In this document: positions 50,676-61,486 of the stretch, piece by piece
Layout: every line of letters begins with the position of its first letter
How positions within the stretch are numbered: position 1 is the first letter of the stretch
From: an uncultured bacterium
Lineage (GTDB): Bacteria > Bacteroidota > Bacteroidia > CAILMK01
Length of the DNA stretch: 64,000 bases
NCBI GenBank assembly: GCA_903829945.1
Contig: CAIKRV010000063.1
Coordinates: 26,502 to 90,501 of the forward strand
Direction: 5' to 3'
Position numbers and translations under genes: made by a program
The notes under the pieces: generated by a model
Databases searched by the model: none
Told to the model about the DNA's origin: nothing
The model's input: the letters and a program-made list of their open reading frames with translations, nothing else

Positions 50676-51530
50676 TTAAATATTATAGGTGTGATGTGCT
50701 ATTAAACCTTCCAATGGTGTTTGAATTACTTTTTTAAGATGGGTTTCAAATTCAATGGAAACTTCTTCCAAAATATTATAAAAGAAAAAACCAATGGAAC
50801 CAACTACCCCAATGGGTAATTGCTTATAATTATCAAAGCAACAAATATGATATCTAAAAAAATCTCGAAAACTTTCACGGACAATATCTTCACAATATTT
50901 CTCATGAATATTTGCTTTAATAAAGGGAGCAAAGGAAGCCAACCAACGATTTGGCGCTTGTTCTTTATATACTTTATTTAATACCAATTCCTTATTCAAG
51001 TTGAATTGAAGCTTTAGTTGATGTTCCAAATGTTTTGGTAAATTAAGGTATAAATAATCCCTCAGTAATCGTTTTCCCAAACTGGCGCCACTGCCTTCAT
51101 CACCCAAAATATAACCTAGTGCCGGTACCTCTTGATATAAACTTGTGCCATCAAAAAAACAGGAATTAGAACCGGTGCCCAAGATGCAAGCAATACCGGA
51201 TTCACGCCCAAATAAACCTAAGGCGGCTGCCATTACATCATGTTCCACATAAATATTTTGAATATGCGAGAACTTGGCAATGGCATTACGCACGATATTA
51301 CAATTATCCTCACTGGAACAACTTGCTCCATAAAAATAGAGCGCCTCAATATTATAAGCAGCCAAAGGTAAGGCCACCTCTATTTCAATAATGGCTTCAA
51401 TTTCTGCGGGCTTTTGAGTATATGGGTTTATTCCCAATGAATTAAAGGTTTTTAATTCTTTCCCGTTATCAACAATTACCCAATGGGTTTTGGTAGATCC
51501 ACTTTCTGCAATCACAATCATATCGGACAA
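50676..51530 (-). CDS. BadF/BadG/BcrA/BcrD-type ATPase (probable GlcNAc/MurNAc kinase)
   Basis: N-terminal ASKHA phosphate-1 motif IAESGSTKTHW. It is linked to murQ. Confidence 0.7.
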   Translation of the reverse strand: MSDMIVIAESGSTKTHWVIVDNGKELKTFNSLGINPYTQKPAEIEAIIEIEVALPLAAYNIEALYFYGASCSSEDNCNIVRNAIAKFSHIQNIYVEHDVMAAALGLFGRESGIACILGTGSNSCFFDGTSLYQEVPALGYILGDEGSGASLGKRLLRDYLYLNLPKHLEHQLKLQFNLNKELVLNKVYKEQAPNRWLASFAPFIKANIHEKYCEDIVRESFRDFFRYHICCFDNYKQLPIGVVGSIGFFFYNILEEVSIEFETHLKKVIQTPLEGLIAHHTYNI

Positions 51531-51601
51531 AAATAAGGTTTTTGCGCTGATGTTTGAAGAAGTTTAGAATAGTTATATCTTTGAAAAATTAATAGCAAGT
51601 A

Positions 51602-52906
51602 ATGAAACAACTATTTATTGCCTTCATAATCATTATGTTTACCCTGCAAGTGCAAGGGCAAAACAAAGCAGACTCCACTACTACCGAAACTACACAGGAA
51701 GCGCCAAAGAATTTGAGCCCTGCTCAACAGAAAGCCTTGGAAGCCAAGCAAAAACGTGATAGTGACGCTGCAAAAAGAAAAGAAGAAGCAGAAAAACGCA
51801 AACAAGAATCCCTTCAAAAAAGACAACAAGGATTAGAACAGCGTAAGGCTGCCGCTGACCAAAGAAAGACCGGTGCAACTACCAAAAAAGCAGGTACCGG
51901 CAAGGAAGCAAGCCCTACAGATAGTGCTAATGCTGCAACAGTGGCACCGGCCAAAGATAAAAAATCCGGCAAAAAAGAGGCGGCTCCAAAGCCAAGTCCG
52001 GAAGAATTAAAGCAAAAAGCTGCTGAAGAACGTCAGCGCGTGGCAGAAAAACGCAAAGAAGATGCGGAAGCCAAAAAGAAAGAGGCTGCTGAAAAGAAAG
52101 AAGCTGCCGCACAATTAAAAGCATCAGGAGGTACACCTGCTAAAAAAGGCAGTACCGCAGGTGGCGCAACAGCAGCACCTAAGAAAACTGCTGAAGAAAA
52201 AGCAAAAGAAAGAAAAGAAGCCGAAGCCTTAAAACCACGTCCGGGCAGTAAAAATCCAAAAGGCAAAAATGGTAAGGATGAAGCTCCGGCACCGGTTCAA
52301 GAATCACAAATAGCAAAATTGTATTTTACTTTACCATTAGAAGCCTTACCACAAGTGGCTAAATATTTGGAAGAGCATCCTGATGTAAAAGAAAGCATAG
52401 ATAATGACAAAGTAAAAGACCCATATTCCGGTAGTATGCATGATACTCGTAAGGGATTAATTAATAAAGAGGATGGACAAAGAAATTATTTGCAATTGGG
52501 TCAAATGGAAAAATATACCCGTTTGCAACTATTTAATACCAAGGATTTGAAGGCTCTGATAGCCATACAAACTGATGAATGTAATCCTGATTGTAAAAAT
52601 ACCTTTAAGTTATACAAACAAAATAATGACGGATGGGAGGATGTGACGGCTTCTGCCCTACCGGCATTGGATAAAAAATACATGTTGGGCAAAATAAAAT
52701 CTGCCTACAAAAAACAATACATGGATAATAGTGTATACGAAGCCAAAGGTTATGAAACCGACGAAAACTTTTTCCAAAGTGCAATAGTATATACCATCAA
52801 TCCTGAAGCCAATAAAATCATTGTTCGTGACCAAATTATTGATTTACCATTGTATGAAATAACTTGGGATCCGATAAAGAGTAAATTTAATATCACCAAA
52901 CTTTAA
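51602..52906 (+). CDS. Secreted protein with a ~200-aa Lys/Ala/Glu-rich low-complexity region and a globular C-terminal domain
   Basis: Signal peptide MKQLFIAFIIIMFTLQVQGQ. Residues 30-230 read KAAEERQRVAEKRKEDAEAKKKEAAEKKEAAAQLK. The C-terminal ~180 aa are ordered, with no recognisable motif. Confidence 0.45.
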   Translation: MKQLFIAFIIIMFTLQVQGQNKADSTTTETTQEAPKNLSPAQQKALEAKQKRDSDAAKRKEEAEKRKQESLQKRQQGLEQRKAAADQRKTGATTKKAGTGKEASPTDSANAATVAPAKDKKSGKKEAAPKPSPEELKQKAAEERQRVAEKRKEDAEAKKKEAAEKKEAAAQLKASGGTPAKKGSTAGGATAAPKKTAEEKAKERKEAEALKPRPGSKNPKGKNGKDEAPAPVQESQIAKLYFTLPLEALPQVAKYLEEHPDVKESIDNDKVKDPYSGSMHDTRKGLINKEDGQRNYLQLGQMEKYTRLQLFNTKDLKALIAIQTDECNPDCKNTFKLYKQNNDGWEDVTASALPALDKKYMLGKIKSAYKKQYMDNSVYEAKGYETDENFFQSAIVYTINPEANKIIVRDQIIDLPLYEITWDPIKSKFNITKL

Positions 52907-52944
52907 AAATCAACCCCACCTTATCAGTGGGGTTTTTTAACTAT

Positions 52945-53724
52945 ATGTATAAAGCTATTTTATTTGAAAAGAAAGATAATACTGCTTATATTACTTTAAA
53001 TCGTCCGGATGTATTTAATGCATTTAATGATGATCAGAGTTATGAATTACAAGATGCTTTAAAACAAGCTACCAAGGATGAGGAAGTTCGCGTGGTTGTT
53101 TTGACCGGAGCCGGGAAAGCATTTTGTTCGGGGCAGGATTTAAAAGACATAGCAGAGAAGGAAAATCGTTCTTTAAGCGATTCCTTATATAAGCGATATA
53201 ATCCCATCATCCGAGCGATGCGCATGATGCCAAAGCCTATTATTTGCAGACTGAATGGTGTGGCAGCAGGAGCAGGATGTTCCTTAGCTTTGGCTTCTGA
53301 TTTAATTATTGCCTCAGAGCAAGCTTCCTTAATAGAGGTATTTATAAATGTGGGCTTAGTATTAGATTCAGGTTCATCTTATTTCCTACCACGGGTGGTA
53401 GGAAGCCAAAAGGCATTTGAACTTTCCACAATGGGCACTAAGGTTAGTGCTCAACAAGCATTTGAATGGGGTATGGTTAATAAAGTAGTGCCGGCAGATG
53501 CTTTGGATTCAGAAGTTGAAAAATATGTATCTTATTATAGGGGCGCTCCGACCAAAGCCATTGGGATGATGAAAAAAATGCTTAATAAATCCTTCCATTC
53601 AAACTTAGAAGAAATGTTGGAATATGAAGCATTTTGTCAGGAAATAGCAGGCAACAGTTCCGATTATAAAGAAGGCGTGAAAGCATTTAACGAGAAACGC
53701 AAAGCTGCATTTACCGGGAAATAA
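52945..53724 (+). CDS. Enoyl-CoA hydratase/isomerase (crotonase) family protein
   Basis: VLTGAGKAFCSGQDL and the oxyanion-hole region LNGVAAGAGCSLALASD. The start is set at MYKAILFEKKDNTAYITLNRP. Confidence 0.85.
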   Translation: MYKAILFEKKDNTAYITLNRPDVFNAFNDDQSYELQDALKQATKDEEVRVVVLTGAGKAFCSGQDLKDIAEKENRSLSDSLYKRYNPIIRAMRMMPKPIICRLNGVAAGAGCSLALASDLIIASEQASLIEVFINVGLVLDSGSSYFLPRVVGSQKAFELSTMGTKVSAQQAFEWGMVNKVVPADALDSEVEKYVSYYRGAPTKAIGMMKKMLNKSFHSNLEEMLEYEAFCQEIAGNSSDYKEGVKAFNEKRKAAFTGK

Positions 53725-53726
53725 TC

Positions 53727-54353
53727 ATGAGTAATCCTTCCAGAAAACTGGCAGATTATGTACCGATCCTAACGGAAAAGCGCGAAAAGAAATTTCGTGA
53801 AGTACTAAGCAAGCGTCAGCCCGACTTGACGGTGGTGATGGAAAACGTCCATGATCCGCACAATATTTTTGCTATTATGCGCAGTTGTGATGCCATAGGG
53901 ATTATGGAAATATACATCATCAATACCCAAGGCATGAAAAAAAAGGGCGCCGGCAATAAATCCTCTTCTTCGGCGAATAAGTGGGTGAAAGCACATAACT
54001 TTAGTTCAGTGGAGGCATGTGTTTTGGCACTACGTGCCAAGAACTACAAAATTATTGCTACCCACCTAGCCTCCGATTCAAAGTCCCTCTATGAAACCGA
54101 CCTAACGGAGCCTGTTGCATTGGTATTCGGAAATGAAAAAGATGGCGTTTCAGAAGCATTTTTACCACATGTAGATGGCAATATGAAAATACCAATGGTC
54201 GGGCAAATTCAAAGCCTAAATGTATCCGTAGCCTGTGCCGTAAGCCTGTATGAAGCGTATAGACAAAGATTACAAGCAGGTCACTATGAAAATACGAAAT
54301 TAACGCCCGAACAAACAGAAGAAATTTATACGGCTTGGGCCAAAAAATCTTAG
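53727..54353 (+). CDS. trmH: SpoU/TrmH-family tRNA/rRNA 2'-O-methyltransferase
   Basis: SPOUT motifs ALVFGNEKDGVS and IPMVGQIQSLNVSVACAVSLYE. Confidence 0.7.
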   Translation: MSNPSRKLADYVPILTEKREKKFREVLSKRQPDLTVVMENVHDPHNIFAIMRSCDAIGIMEIYIINTQGMKKKGAGNKSSSSANKWVKAHNFSSVEACVLALRAKNYKIIATHLASDSKSLYETDLTEPVALVFGNEKDGVSEAFLPHVDGNMKIPMVGQIQSLNVSVACAVSLYEAYRQRLQAGHYENTKLTPEQTEEIYTAWAKKS

Positions 54354-54397
54354 TTTAATTAAAGGTTCAGGCATTTCGAAAAATGTTATTTTAAAAA

Positions 54398-55452
54398 TTA
54401 TTTAGGATGATATCTGGATTCTTTCAGAATTTTACGATAATCCTTTTCCTCCATTAATTGTTGTAAGGTAATATTTTTATGTTCACTCATATATTTGCGA
54501 ACAATTTGCCAACCGAGCCATTCCCCCAATCTGGGAGCAGATTCCTGAGGAACCCCATCCGCATTGGTAAACGGTGCATCATTTAAAAACTTAATTTTAA
54601 GACTTTGGTCTGTTTTAAAGAAAATATCTTTAGCGGTAAAATAGCCCCATACCTCAGCAGCATTATCATTACACCACTTTAATTGGGCAGCGGTATATTC
54701 AATTTTTAAAGTATCGTCCATTTCCGGAGCCATGGCATCTACAAAATATAACTCCTTACCAGCCTGAATTACTTCACTTAGCAAGGTATTATCCGTGCTC
54801 ACTTTAGATTCAAATTTCTTTGTAAAATAAGCCTTAATAATATTTTCAGGAATGTATTCTTTTCTACAGTGTCGCGTAATGAATTTAGGAATATCAATAT
54901 TGGTGGCGGAATAATATTTATAATCTTCTCCTAAGAACATATCCAAGCAAATACAAAAACGATTGCTTTGAGTAATATAGATCTTATAGGAAAATGAATT
55001 CATGATGCAAGCAAATTCAGGCACAGTATCCTTTGGATAATAGTATTTAATATGACTAAAAATATCCCCTAAATCCTCCTCCAAGGATTTCATTTCCTTT
55101 TCCCCGTATTGTTTATTCATTTCCAAATAAACTTCCTTCATAAATTTATTTTGAACCATTAAAGGCTGCCAAAGGCTCAGCATCTCGGCGGTATCTATAT
55201 CCTTTTTACGGTGAAAGTCATGAGGGTACAGATCATACATAAAAGCATTCATAATATCCGGATACTTTTTATACAATTGGCTTATAGCAGCGCCAAAATG
55301 CACCGAATCACAGCTAAAAAGCTCCTTATCAAACCTGTCAATATGGACTTTTTTCTTCAATTTGGGCGTTTCTACCTTTAGTCTATTATCTTTACAGGAA
55401 TAAATTAGCAAGGCTAATAAGCTGAAACAAGTAATTTTTAGATATTTTTGCA
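54398..55452 (-). CDS. Lipoprotein, possibly gliding-motility GldB family
   Basis: The probable TTG start gives MQKYLKITCFSLLALLIYSCKDN (lipobox). An IDRFDKELF region lies near the N-terminus. The family assignment is tentative. Confidence 0.35.
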
Positions 55453-55487
55453 ACACAATAATAATTTTATAATACGAACGCAAAATT

Positions 55488-56177
55488 ATGAAAAAGCTTT
55501 TCCCCATACTTACTTTTTTAATAATCTCTTTTTCAGCCATAGCACAGGACTATCCCAGTTTCAGTCCGGGAGTGACCATTAGTCCTAATATTGCATGGGC
55601 GAGCACCAGTGTTAATACGGTACCAAGCAATTTAAGCGCCAGTTCATCCAATGCTAAATTCGGCTATTGTATTGGGGTAACTTTAGATTATATGAAAAAA
55701 GAAACATACGGATTGTGCGCTGAGTTCAGAATTCAGCGTTTGGATATGGGCTACAACCTTAATTCAATTTCACCCACCGGAGTATCCATTACCAATGCGA
55801 GTAATGTTTTTTATCAATATATAGAAATACCCGTAGGTATTAAAATGCGAACCGTTGAATTTGGATATTCCCGGTTTTATGCCAAAGCAGGATTAAACCC
55901 AGCCATTTGTACCAAAGCAGAGGCCACCATTACCAGTAATAACGGGATAAACAACTCCACTACTGCCGTTTCAAATATAAGTTCAAGAACCACACCCATC
56001 AATTTAGGACTATTTATTGGCATGGGCTTGGAATATACCATTGCGGGTACCACTGCATTGGTGGGAGGCCTTACCTACCATTATGGAGTCATCGATATTT
56101 ATAAGGACCCTAACAGCACAGATAACTTTACCATTAATACGCGATACCTATCCATGGATTTAGCGATTAAATTCTAA
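55488..56177 (+). CDS. Outer-membrane beta-barrel protein
   Basis: Signal peptide MKKLFPILTFLIISFSAIAQ, then alternating beta-strand pattern. It ends ...DLAIKF (aromatic C-terminus). Confidence 0.5.
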   Translation: MKKLFPILTFLIISFSAIAQDYPSFSPGVTISPNIAWASTSVNTVPSNLSASSSNAKFGYCIGVTLDYMKKETYGLCAEFRIQRLDMGYNLNSISPTGVSITNASNVFYQYIEIPVGIKMRTVEFGYSRFYAKAGLNPAICTKAEATITSNNGINNSTTAVSNISSRTTPINLGLFIGMGLEYTIAGTTALVGGLTYHYGVIDIYKDPNSTDNFTINTRYLSMDLAIKF

Positions 56178-57823
56178 TGACCACATTAATGAAGATTGCA
56201 CTTGCCCAGTTGGATTATCATGTTGGAAATTTTGAAGCAAATGCAGCCAAAATTATAAAAGCCATAAACGAAGCTAAGCTTAGCGGTGTCCAATTAATTG
56301 CATTTTCCGAATTAGCCATTTGCGGCTATCCAGCTTGGGATTTTTTAGAGTTTGATGATTTTATTGCACAATGTGAAAAAAGCATCAAAACCATTGCGAG
56401 TCATTGTACAGGTATTGCTGCCATTGTTGGAGGGCCATGCCGTAATCCTCTAAAAAATGGCAAAAATTTATATAATTCAGCATGGTTTTTATCAGAAGGG
56501 ACAGTGCAGCAAATGGTACATAAAACCTTATTGCCCACTTATGATGTATTTGATGAATATCGCTATTTTGAGCCCAATACGCAATTTAATTGTGTTGATT
56601 ACTTAGGACAAAAAATAGCCGTTAGTATATGTGAAGATTTATGGAACCTGAGTGAAGACCCATTATACACTAAAAACCCAATGGATTTCCTGATCAAAGA
56701 ACATCCGGATTTTGCCATCAATATTGCAGCTTCACCTTTTTCTTTCAGTCATGATGCTTCAAGGATGGCCGTACTGAGAAATAATGCAAAAAAGTATAAT
56801 ATCCCTTTTTTTTATGTAAATCATACCGGAGCACAAACAGAGCTAATATTTGATGGTGCCTCAATGGTGGTTCATCCCGATGGAAGCTATTTGAAAATGT
56901 CTTTTTTTGAGGAAGAAATAAGAAGTTTTGATTTACGAAAAATAAAGGAAGGGAATTTTCCCCAATCCGATAAACAGGGAAAATATGAATTAATAACACA
57001 AGCCCTAATTAAGGGAATTCAGGATTATTTTTCAAAAATGGGCTTTAAAAAAGCAACCTTGGGTTTATCAGGGGGTATAGATTCTGCAGTGGTTTTTGCC
57101 CTTGCAGTAAAAGCTTTGGGAGCAGAACAGGTATTGCCAATATTATTACCGTCTCCCTATACTTCAGCGCTCTCCAATAATGAAGCCATGACAATGGTTA
57201 AATTATTAGGAACCGCTCATAAAATCATACCTATAGCTAAGGTTATGACATCTTATTCCGATTTATTAAATCCCCACTTTGAAGGATTAAAATCCGGCTT
57301 AGCGGAAGAAAACTTACAGGCACGCGCACGTGGGACAATCCTGATGGCTATTAGCAATAAATTAGATTATATTTTGCTGAACACCTCTAATAAAAGTGAG
57401 ATGGCTGTAGGGTATAGTACCTTATATGGTGATTCCATAGGTGCATTTTCAGTTTTAGGCGATTTATACAAAACTGAAGTTTATGAACTAGCTGATTATA
57501 TTAATAAAACTTGGAATAATTGTATTCCGGAATTAATTATTTCGAGGGCACCTTCTGCTGAATTAAGACCCGATCAAAAGGACTCTGACAGTTTACCTGA
57601 TTATAGTATTTTAGATGCCATTTTATACCAATATATTGAAAACAGAAAAGGCCCCGATGAAATCATTCAAATGGGCTATGATGCTACTACCGTTCATAAA
57701 ATCTTAAAGCTTGTAAATCAGAGTGAATATAAGCGATTCCAAGCACCGCCAATTTTGCGCGTATCTGATAAAGCCTTCGGCATAGGCAGACGATTGCCTA
57801 TCGTGGCTAAGTACTTAGCTTAG
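56177..57823 (+). CDS. nadE: Glutamine-dependent NAD+ synthetase (nitrilase + NadE domains)
   Basis: The N-terminal CN-hydrolase domain has FSELAICGYP and catalytic Cys (ICED). The C-terminal PP-loop reads LGLSGGIDSAV. Confidence 0.9.
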   Translation: MTTLMKIALAQLDYHVGNFEANAAKIIKAINEAKLSGVQLIAFSELAICGYPAWDFLEFDDFIAQCEKSIKTIASHCTGIAAIVGGPCRNPLKNGKNLYNSAWFLSEGTVQQMVHKTLLPTYDVFDEYRYFEPNTQFNCVDYLGQKIAVSICEDLWNLSEDPLYTKNPMDFLIKEHPDFAINIAASPFSFSHDASRMAVLRNNAKKYNIPFFYVNHTGAQTELIFDGASMVVHPDGSYLKMSFFEEEIRSFDLRKIKEGNFPQSDKQGKYELITQALIKGIQDYFSKMGFKKATLGLSGGIDSAVVFALAVKALGAEQVLPILLPSPYTSALSNNEAMTMVKLLGTAHKIIPIAKVMTSYSDLLNPHFEGLKSGLAEENLQARARGTILMAISNKLDYILLNTSNKSEMAVGYSTLYGDSIGAFSVLGDLYKTEVYELADYINKTWNNCIPELIISRAPSAELRPDQKDSDSLPDYSILDAILYQYIENRKGPDEIIQMGYDATTVHKILKLVNQSEYKRFQAPPILRVSDKAFGIGRRLPIVAKYLA

Positions 57824-58005
57824 TTTTAAATATTTTTTAGCTTATCTTAAAATATTAACTACTAAGAGCTTACTGAAGGCTATAAAATTGCCGACACTAA
57901 ACTTTGCTACGCTAATTCTATCCAATAGCTAGTATATTATGGTAAATATAAATATGGTTTTTCAATTATAATAATATATTGATTAACTTGCGTTGATTTC
58001 ATTAC

Positions 58006-60153
58006 ATGACTTCATACACTACAAGAATATCGAGCGAGACAAATTTTAGAATTTCATATTGGCTAAAGTCATGTTTAGCAGTATGTATATTTTTATCACT
58101 GAACTGCAGTAAAACACTTGCAGGCATTGAATCCATGCGTGCCGATCTGGAGGTCAAGAAAAAGATTTTATTGGCGTCCAAAGATAAACAGGAAAGAATA
58201 GAATCCAATTTAAGAATTAGTGATATATATATTGAATATTTTCACAATATAGACTCCGGAATATTTTATGCAAAATGTGCTTTAAGGGAAATTGGAAACA
58301 ATATCCAATCTCGTAATTACATTCGTGCTAAAATTTATATAGCTAGGGCATATTATATTAATGGGCAACCCAATCGTTGTGTTCCATTACTAGATAGTAT
58401 TTATAATTTAAGCAAGGAAATAAATTACCCTTTTGGCATCTATCGAGCATTATACTATAAAAGTTTATTATATAATGATATAAATGAGCCGGACAGTGCT
58501 ATTAAATTTTTAATGGAGGCCGTTCAGGTGAATAAAAAATCTAATGCCTCTGAAGACTTGGCCAGTACTTATAATTCATTAGGTAATTTATATTTTTCAC
58601 GCAGAGCATACCATACAGCTTTAGATTATAATTTTCAATCGTTAGCTATTTGGAAAAAAATAAAACCGCAAACGATATCAGGGGTATTGAGTGATATTGG
58701 CAATTGTTATTATTATTTAAATGAGTTGGATTCTGCCTTACAATTTTATAATGCTTCCTTAGCTACCAGTATTCAACAAAACAATAATTTAGGTTATGGT
58801 TACGGTTATAATAATATCGGATTAGTGTATTTCAAAAAAGACAAATATGAAACTGCACTCAAATACTACGATACAGCCCTTTCCTATTATTATAAAATGA
58901 ATTCAAGAGTTGGGATTACCAATTGCCTGGATAATATTTGTAAAACTTATCTGGCCAAGAAAGATTTCGATAAAGCCTTTAGACAAGCGCAAATAGCCTT
59001 AGCATATGTACTTCCATTGCATGATAAGAACTTGGCATACATGATTTATAACGATTTAAGTACTGCTAGTGCCGGTCAAAAGAATTTTGAAAAAGCATTT
59101 TTTTATCAGAAAATAATTACAGCTTATGCTGATAGTATTTATGGGGCAAGCAAAGCCAGTTCTGACGCCGCATTGCAAGCCAGACTGTCTATTTTACAGA
59201 AAGAAAATGAAAACAAATTACTCCGATTAGAGCAAACCAAACAAAATATTCAATTAAAGCAAAAAAACTTAGTCTCTATTGTTATTGGAATATTTTTAGT
59301 GTTAGCGATTGGCGCAGTAATTTATTTTATTCGTAATGCAAAATTAAGATACGAGGCTATGCAACTTTTGCAAAAGCAAAATGATGTTATAGAAAAAAAC
59401 AATCATGAATTAGATCATTTAAATTCAAGATTACAATCTCAAAAACACGAATTAGAAGAAATTAATCTTTTGAAAGATAAATTATTTTCCATTATTTCTC
59501 ATGATATCCGAAGCCCATTGGTTTCTTTTAGTGCTTATTTATCGTTTTTGCAAGCCGGAGAAATACCGGAGGATTCTATCAAAGCCTTAAATAATGAGGT
59601 GATGGAACGACTAAATTTAACTTTAAATTTTGTTGACAATTTAATTGAATGGGCGCAAGGACAAATTCAAGGAACAAATAGAATTTCAGAGCTAATAAAT
59701 TTAAAACATACCTGTGACGAGATGCTTGGTTTTTATCAGCCGCAGGCCGATATGAAAAATATAAAATTAATAAACACGGTATCGCCGAATATAAATGTTT
59801 ATACCAATGCGGGTATGGTAAAAATGATTTTAAGAAATTTAATTTCTAATGCCATTAAATTTTCATTTAAAGACAGTTCCATTAATATCAGTGCAGAAAC
59901 AGATGAGCATTTTGTTATTATTCACGTTGCCGATACTGGTATCGGTATGCGTGAAGAGGATTTGGCACAGTTATTCAGCGGAAAAAATTATAGTCGCATG
60001 GGAACTTCCAATGAAAAAGGTAGCGGTTTGGGATTAACACTTTGCAAAGAATTTTTGCAAAAAAACAATGGAACTATGTGGGTAGATAGTGAGGAAAATA
60101 AAGGAAGTACCTTTAGCTTCAAAATCCCAATTTCCGATAAAAACCTTGCTTAA
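58006..60153 (+). CDS. TPR-repeat sensor histidine kinase (orphan, no adjacent response regulator)
   Basis: Signal/TM region, ~8 TPR-like repeats, and a TM helix (LVSIVIGIFLVLAIGAVIYF). The HisKA H-box is SIISHDIRSPL. HATPase_c has N (NLISNAIKFS), G1 (DTGIGM) and G2 (GSGLGL) boxes. Confidence 0.8.
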   Translation: MTSYTTRISSETNFRISYWLKSCLAVCIFLSLNCSKTLAGIESMRADLEVKKKILLASKDKQERIESNLRISDIYIEYFHNIDSGIFYAKCALREIGNNIQSRNYIRAKIYIARAYYINGQPNRCVPLLDSIYNLSKEINYPFGIYRALYYKSLLYNDINEPDSAIKFLMEAVQVNKKSNASEDLASTYNSLGNLYFSRRAYHTALDYNFQSLAIWKKIKPQTISGVLSDIGNCYYYLNELDSALQFYNASLATSIQQNNNLGYGYGYNNIGLVYFKKDKYETALKYYDTALSYYYKMNSRVGITNCLDNICKTYLAKKDFDKAFRQAQIALAYVLPLHDKNLAYMIYNDLSTASAGQKNFEKAFFYQKIITAYADSIYGASKASSDAALQARLSILQKENENKLLRLEQTKQNIQLKQKNLVSIVIGIFLVLAIGAVIYFIRNAKLRYEAMQLLQKQNDVIEKNNHELDHLNSRLQSQKHELEEINLLKDKLFSIISHDIRSPLVSFSAYLSFLQAGEIPEDSIKALNNEVMERLNLTLNFVDNLIEWAQGQIQGTNRISELINLKHTCDEMLGFYQPQADMKNIKLINTVSPNINVYTNAGMVKMILRNLISNAIKFSFKDSSINISAETDEHFVIIHVADTGIGMREEDLAQLFSGKNYSRMGTSNEKGSGLGLTLCKEFLQKNNGTMWVDSEENKGSTFSFKIPISDKNLA

Positions 60154-60243
60154 TATACTGTCATGTATATTTAGTCCTGCTTAATTGAACTATTAAGTAA
60201 TTTTCTGCTTCTTTTTTCCTTTCTTTGCATTAAAATACAAGAA

Positions 60244-61476
60244 ATGAATTCGGGGAATACTACTTCTAAAATATTGAATATAAGTGTTATTGTAGCAGCA
60301 CTTGGGTATTTTGTGGATATATATGACCTTATTTTATTTGGCATTGTACGGGTGCAAAGCCTGAAAGACTTAGGCTTTGCCGGTAAAGAATTAAATGATT
60401 TAATTGGAGCCCGACTATTAAATTTTCAAATGGCCGGAATGCTAATCGGTGGCATTATTTGGGGCATTTTAGGGGATAAAAAGGGAAGATTATCTACTTT
60501 ATTTTCCACTATTTTAATTTATTCCATTGCCAATATTGCCAACGGCTTTGTACAAAACATAGAACAGTATTATTGCCTGCGATTTTTAGCGGGCTTAGGC
60601 CTTGCCGGAGAATTGGGCGTAGGCATTACCTTGGTATCCGAAGTAATGAGTAAAGAACGTCGTGGATACGGCACTACAGTCGTGGCAGGCATAGGTATTG
60701 CCGGTGCCGTGGCCGGATATTTGGTTTCAGACCTCTTTAGCTGGCGCACCGCTTATTATGTTGGCGGTGGTTTAGGGCTGGGACTATTAGCACTTCGAGT
60801 TTCCTTATATGAATCCGGAATGTTTTCAAAATTGAAAGAAAGCAGTATAAAACGTGGCAATTTTCTGGATCTTTTTAAAACCAAAAAGATATTTATAAAA
60901 TACCTTAAAGCTATATTGGTAGGTATTCCGGTGTGGTTTGTTATTGGCATCATCGTGTTTTTTGCAAATAAATTTGCGGATGCCTTACATGTACAAGGTA
61001 AAATAACCGTAGGAAAATGTGTCATGTACCATTATATCGGAGCCTCCATCGGTGCGTTTGCTACCGGTATCCTTAGTCAGGTACTAAAATCAAGAAGAAA
61101 GGCACTTATAAGTGCTATTGTAGGCTTATTAATTACCATCCCTATTTTATTTTTGGCGGATGGCATCAGTGCTTCTACCTTTTACTTTTTGATGTTTTTA
61201 ATTGGTATTCCAAATGGATTCTGGTCCGTATTTGTAACCAATGCAGCGGAGCAATTTGGCACCAACCTTAGAGCTACGGTAACTACCACCGCTCCAAATT
61301 TTGTGCGTGGTGCTACAGTTTTATTAACCCTTACTTTTACACAATATACCGGATCCGGAAATACCATAATTGTTGCCTCCGTAATAGGATTGGTAGTTAT
61401 AACAGCTGCCCTATGGGCTTGTTTTACCATGGAGGAATCCTATCATAAAAATTTAGATTATTTAGAAGTTAATTAA
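60244..61476 (+). CDS. MFS transporter
   Basis: 410-aa protein with 12 TM helices. The MFS loop 2-3 signature reads GILGDKKGRL. Confidence 0.75.
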   Translation: MNSGNTTSKILNISVIVAALGYFVDIYDLILFGIVRVQSLKDLGFAGKELNDLIGARLLNFQMAGMLIGGIIWGILGDKKGRLSTLFSTILIYSIANIANGFVQNIEQYYCLRFLAGLGLAGELGVGITLVSEVMSKERRGYGTTVVAGIGIAGAVAGYLVSDLFSWRTAYYVGGGLGLGLLALRVSLYESGMFSKLKESSIKRGNFLDLFKTKKIFIKYLKAILVGIPVWFVIGIIVFFANKFADALHVQGKITVGKCVMYHYIGASIGAFATGILSQVLKSRRKALISAIVGLLITIPILFLADGISASTFYFLMFLIGIPNGFWSVFVTNAAEQFGTNLRATVTTTAPNFVRGATVLLTLTFTQYTGSGNTIIVASVIGLVVITAALWACFTMEESYHKNLDYLEVN

Positions 61477-61486
61477 TATTATTATT

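Noticed and set aside
51611-52266. Stack of minus-strand ORFs (51611-51829, 51690-51878, 51927-52136, 52033-52266)
   Set aside because: They are produced by the biased Lys/Ala/Glu-coding repeats of the + strand gene. The products are F/L-rich, with no signal.
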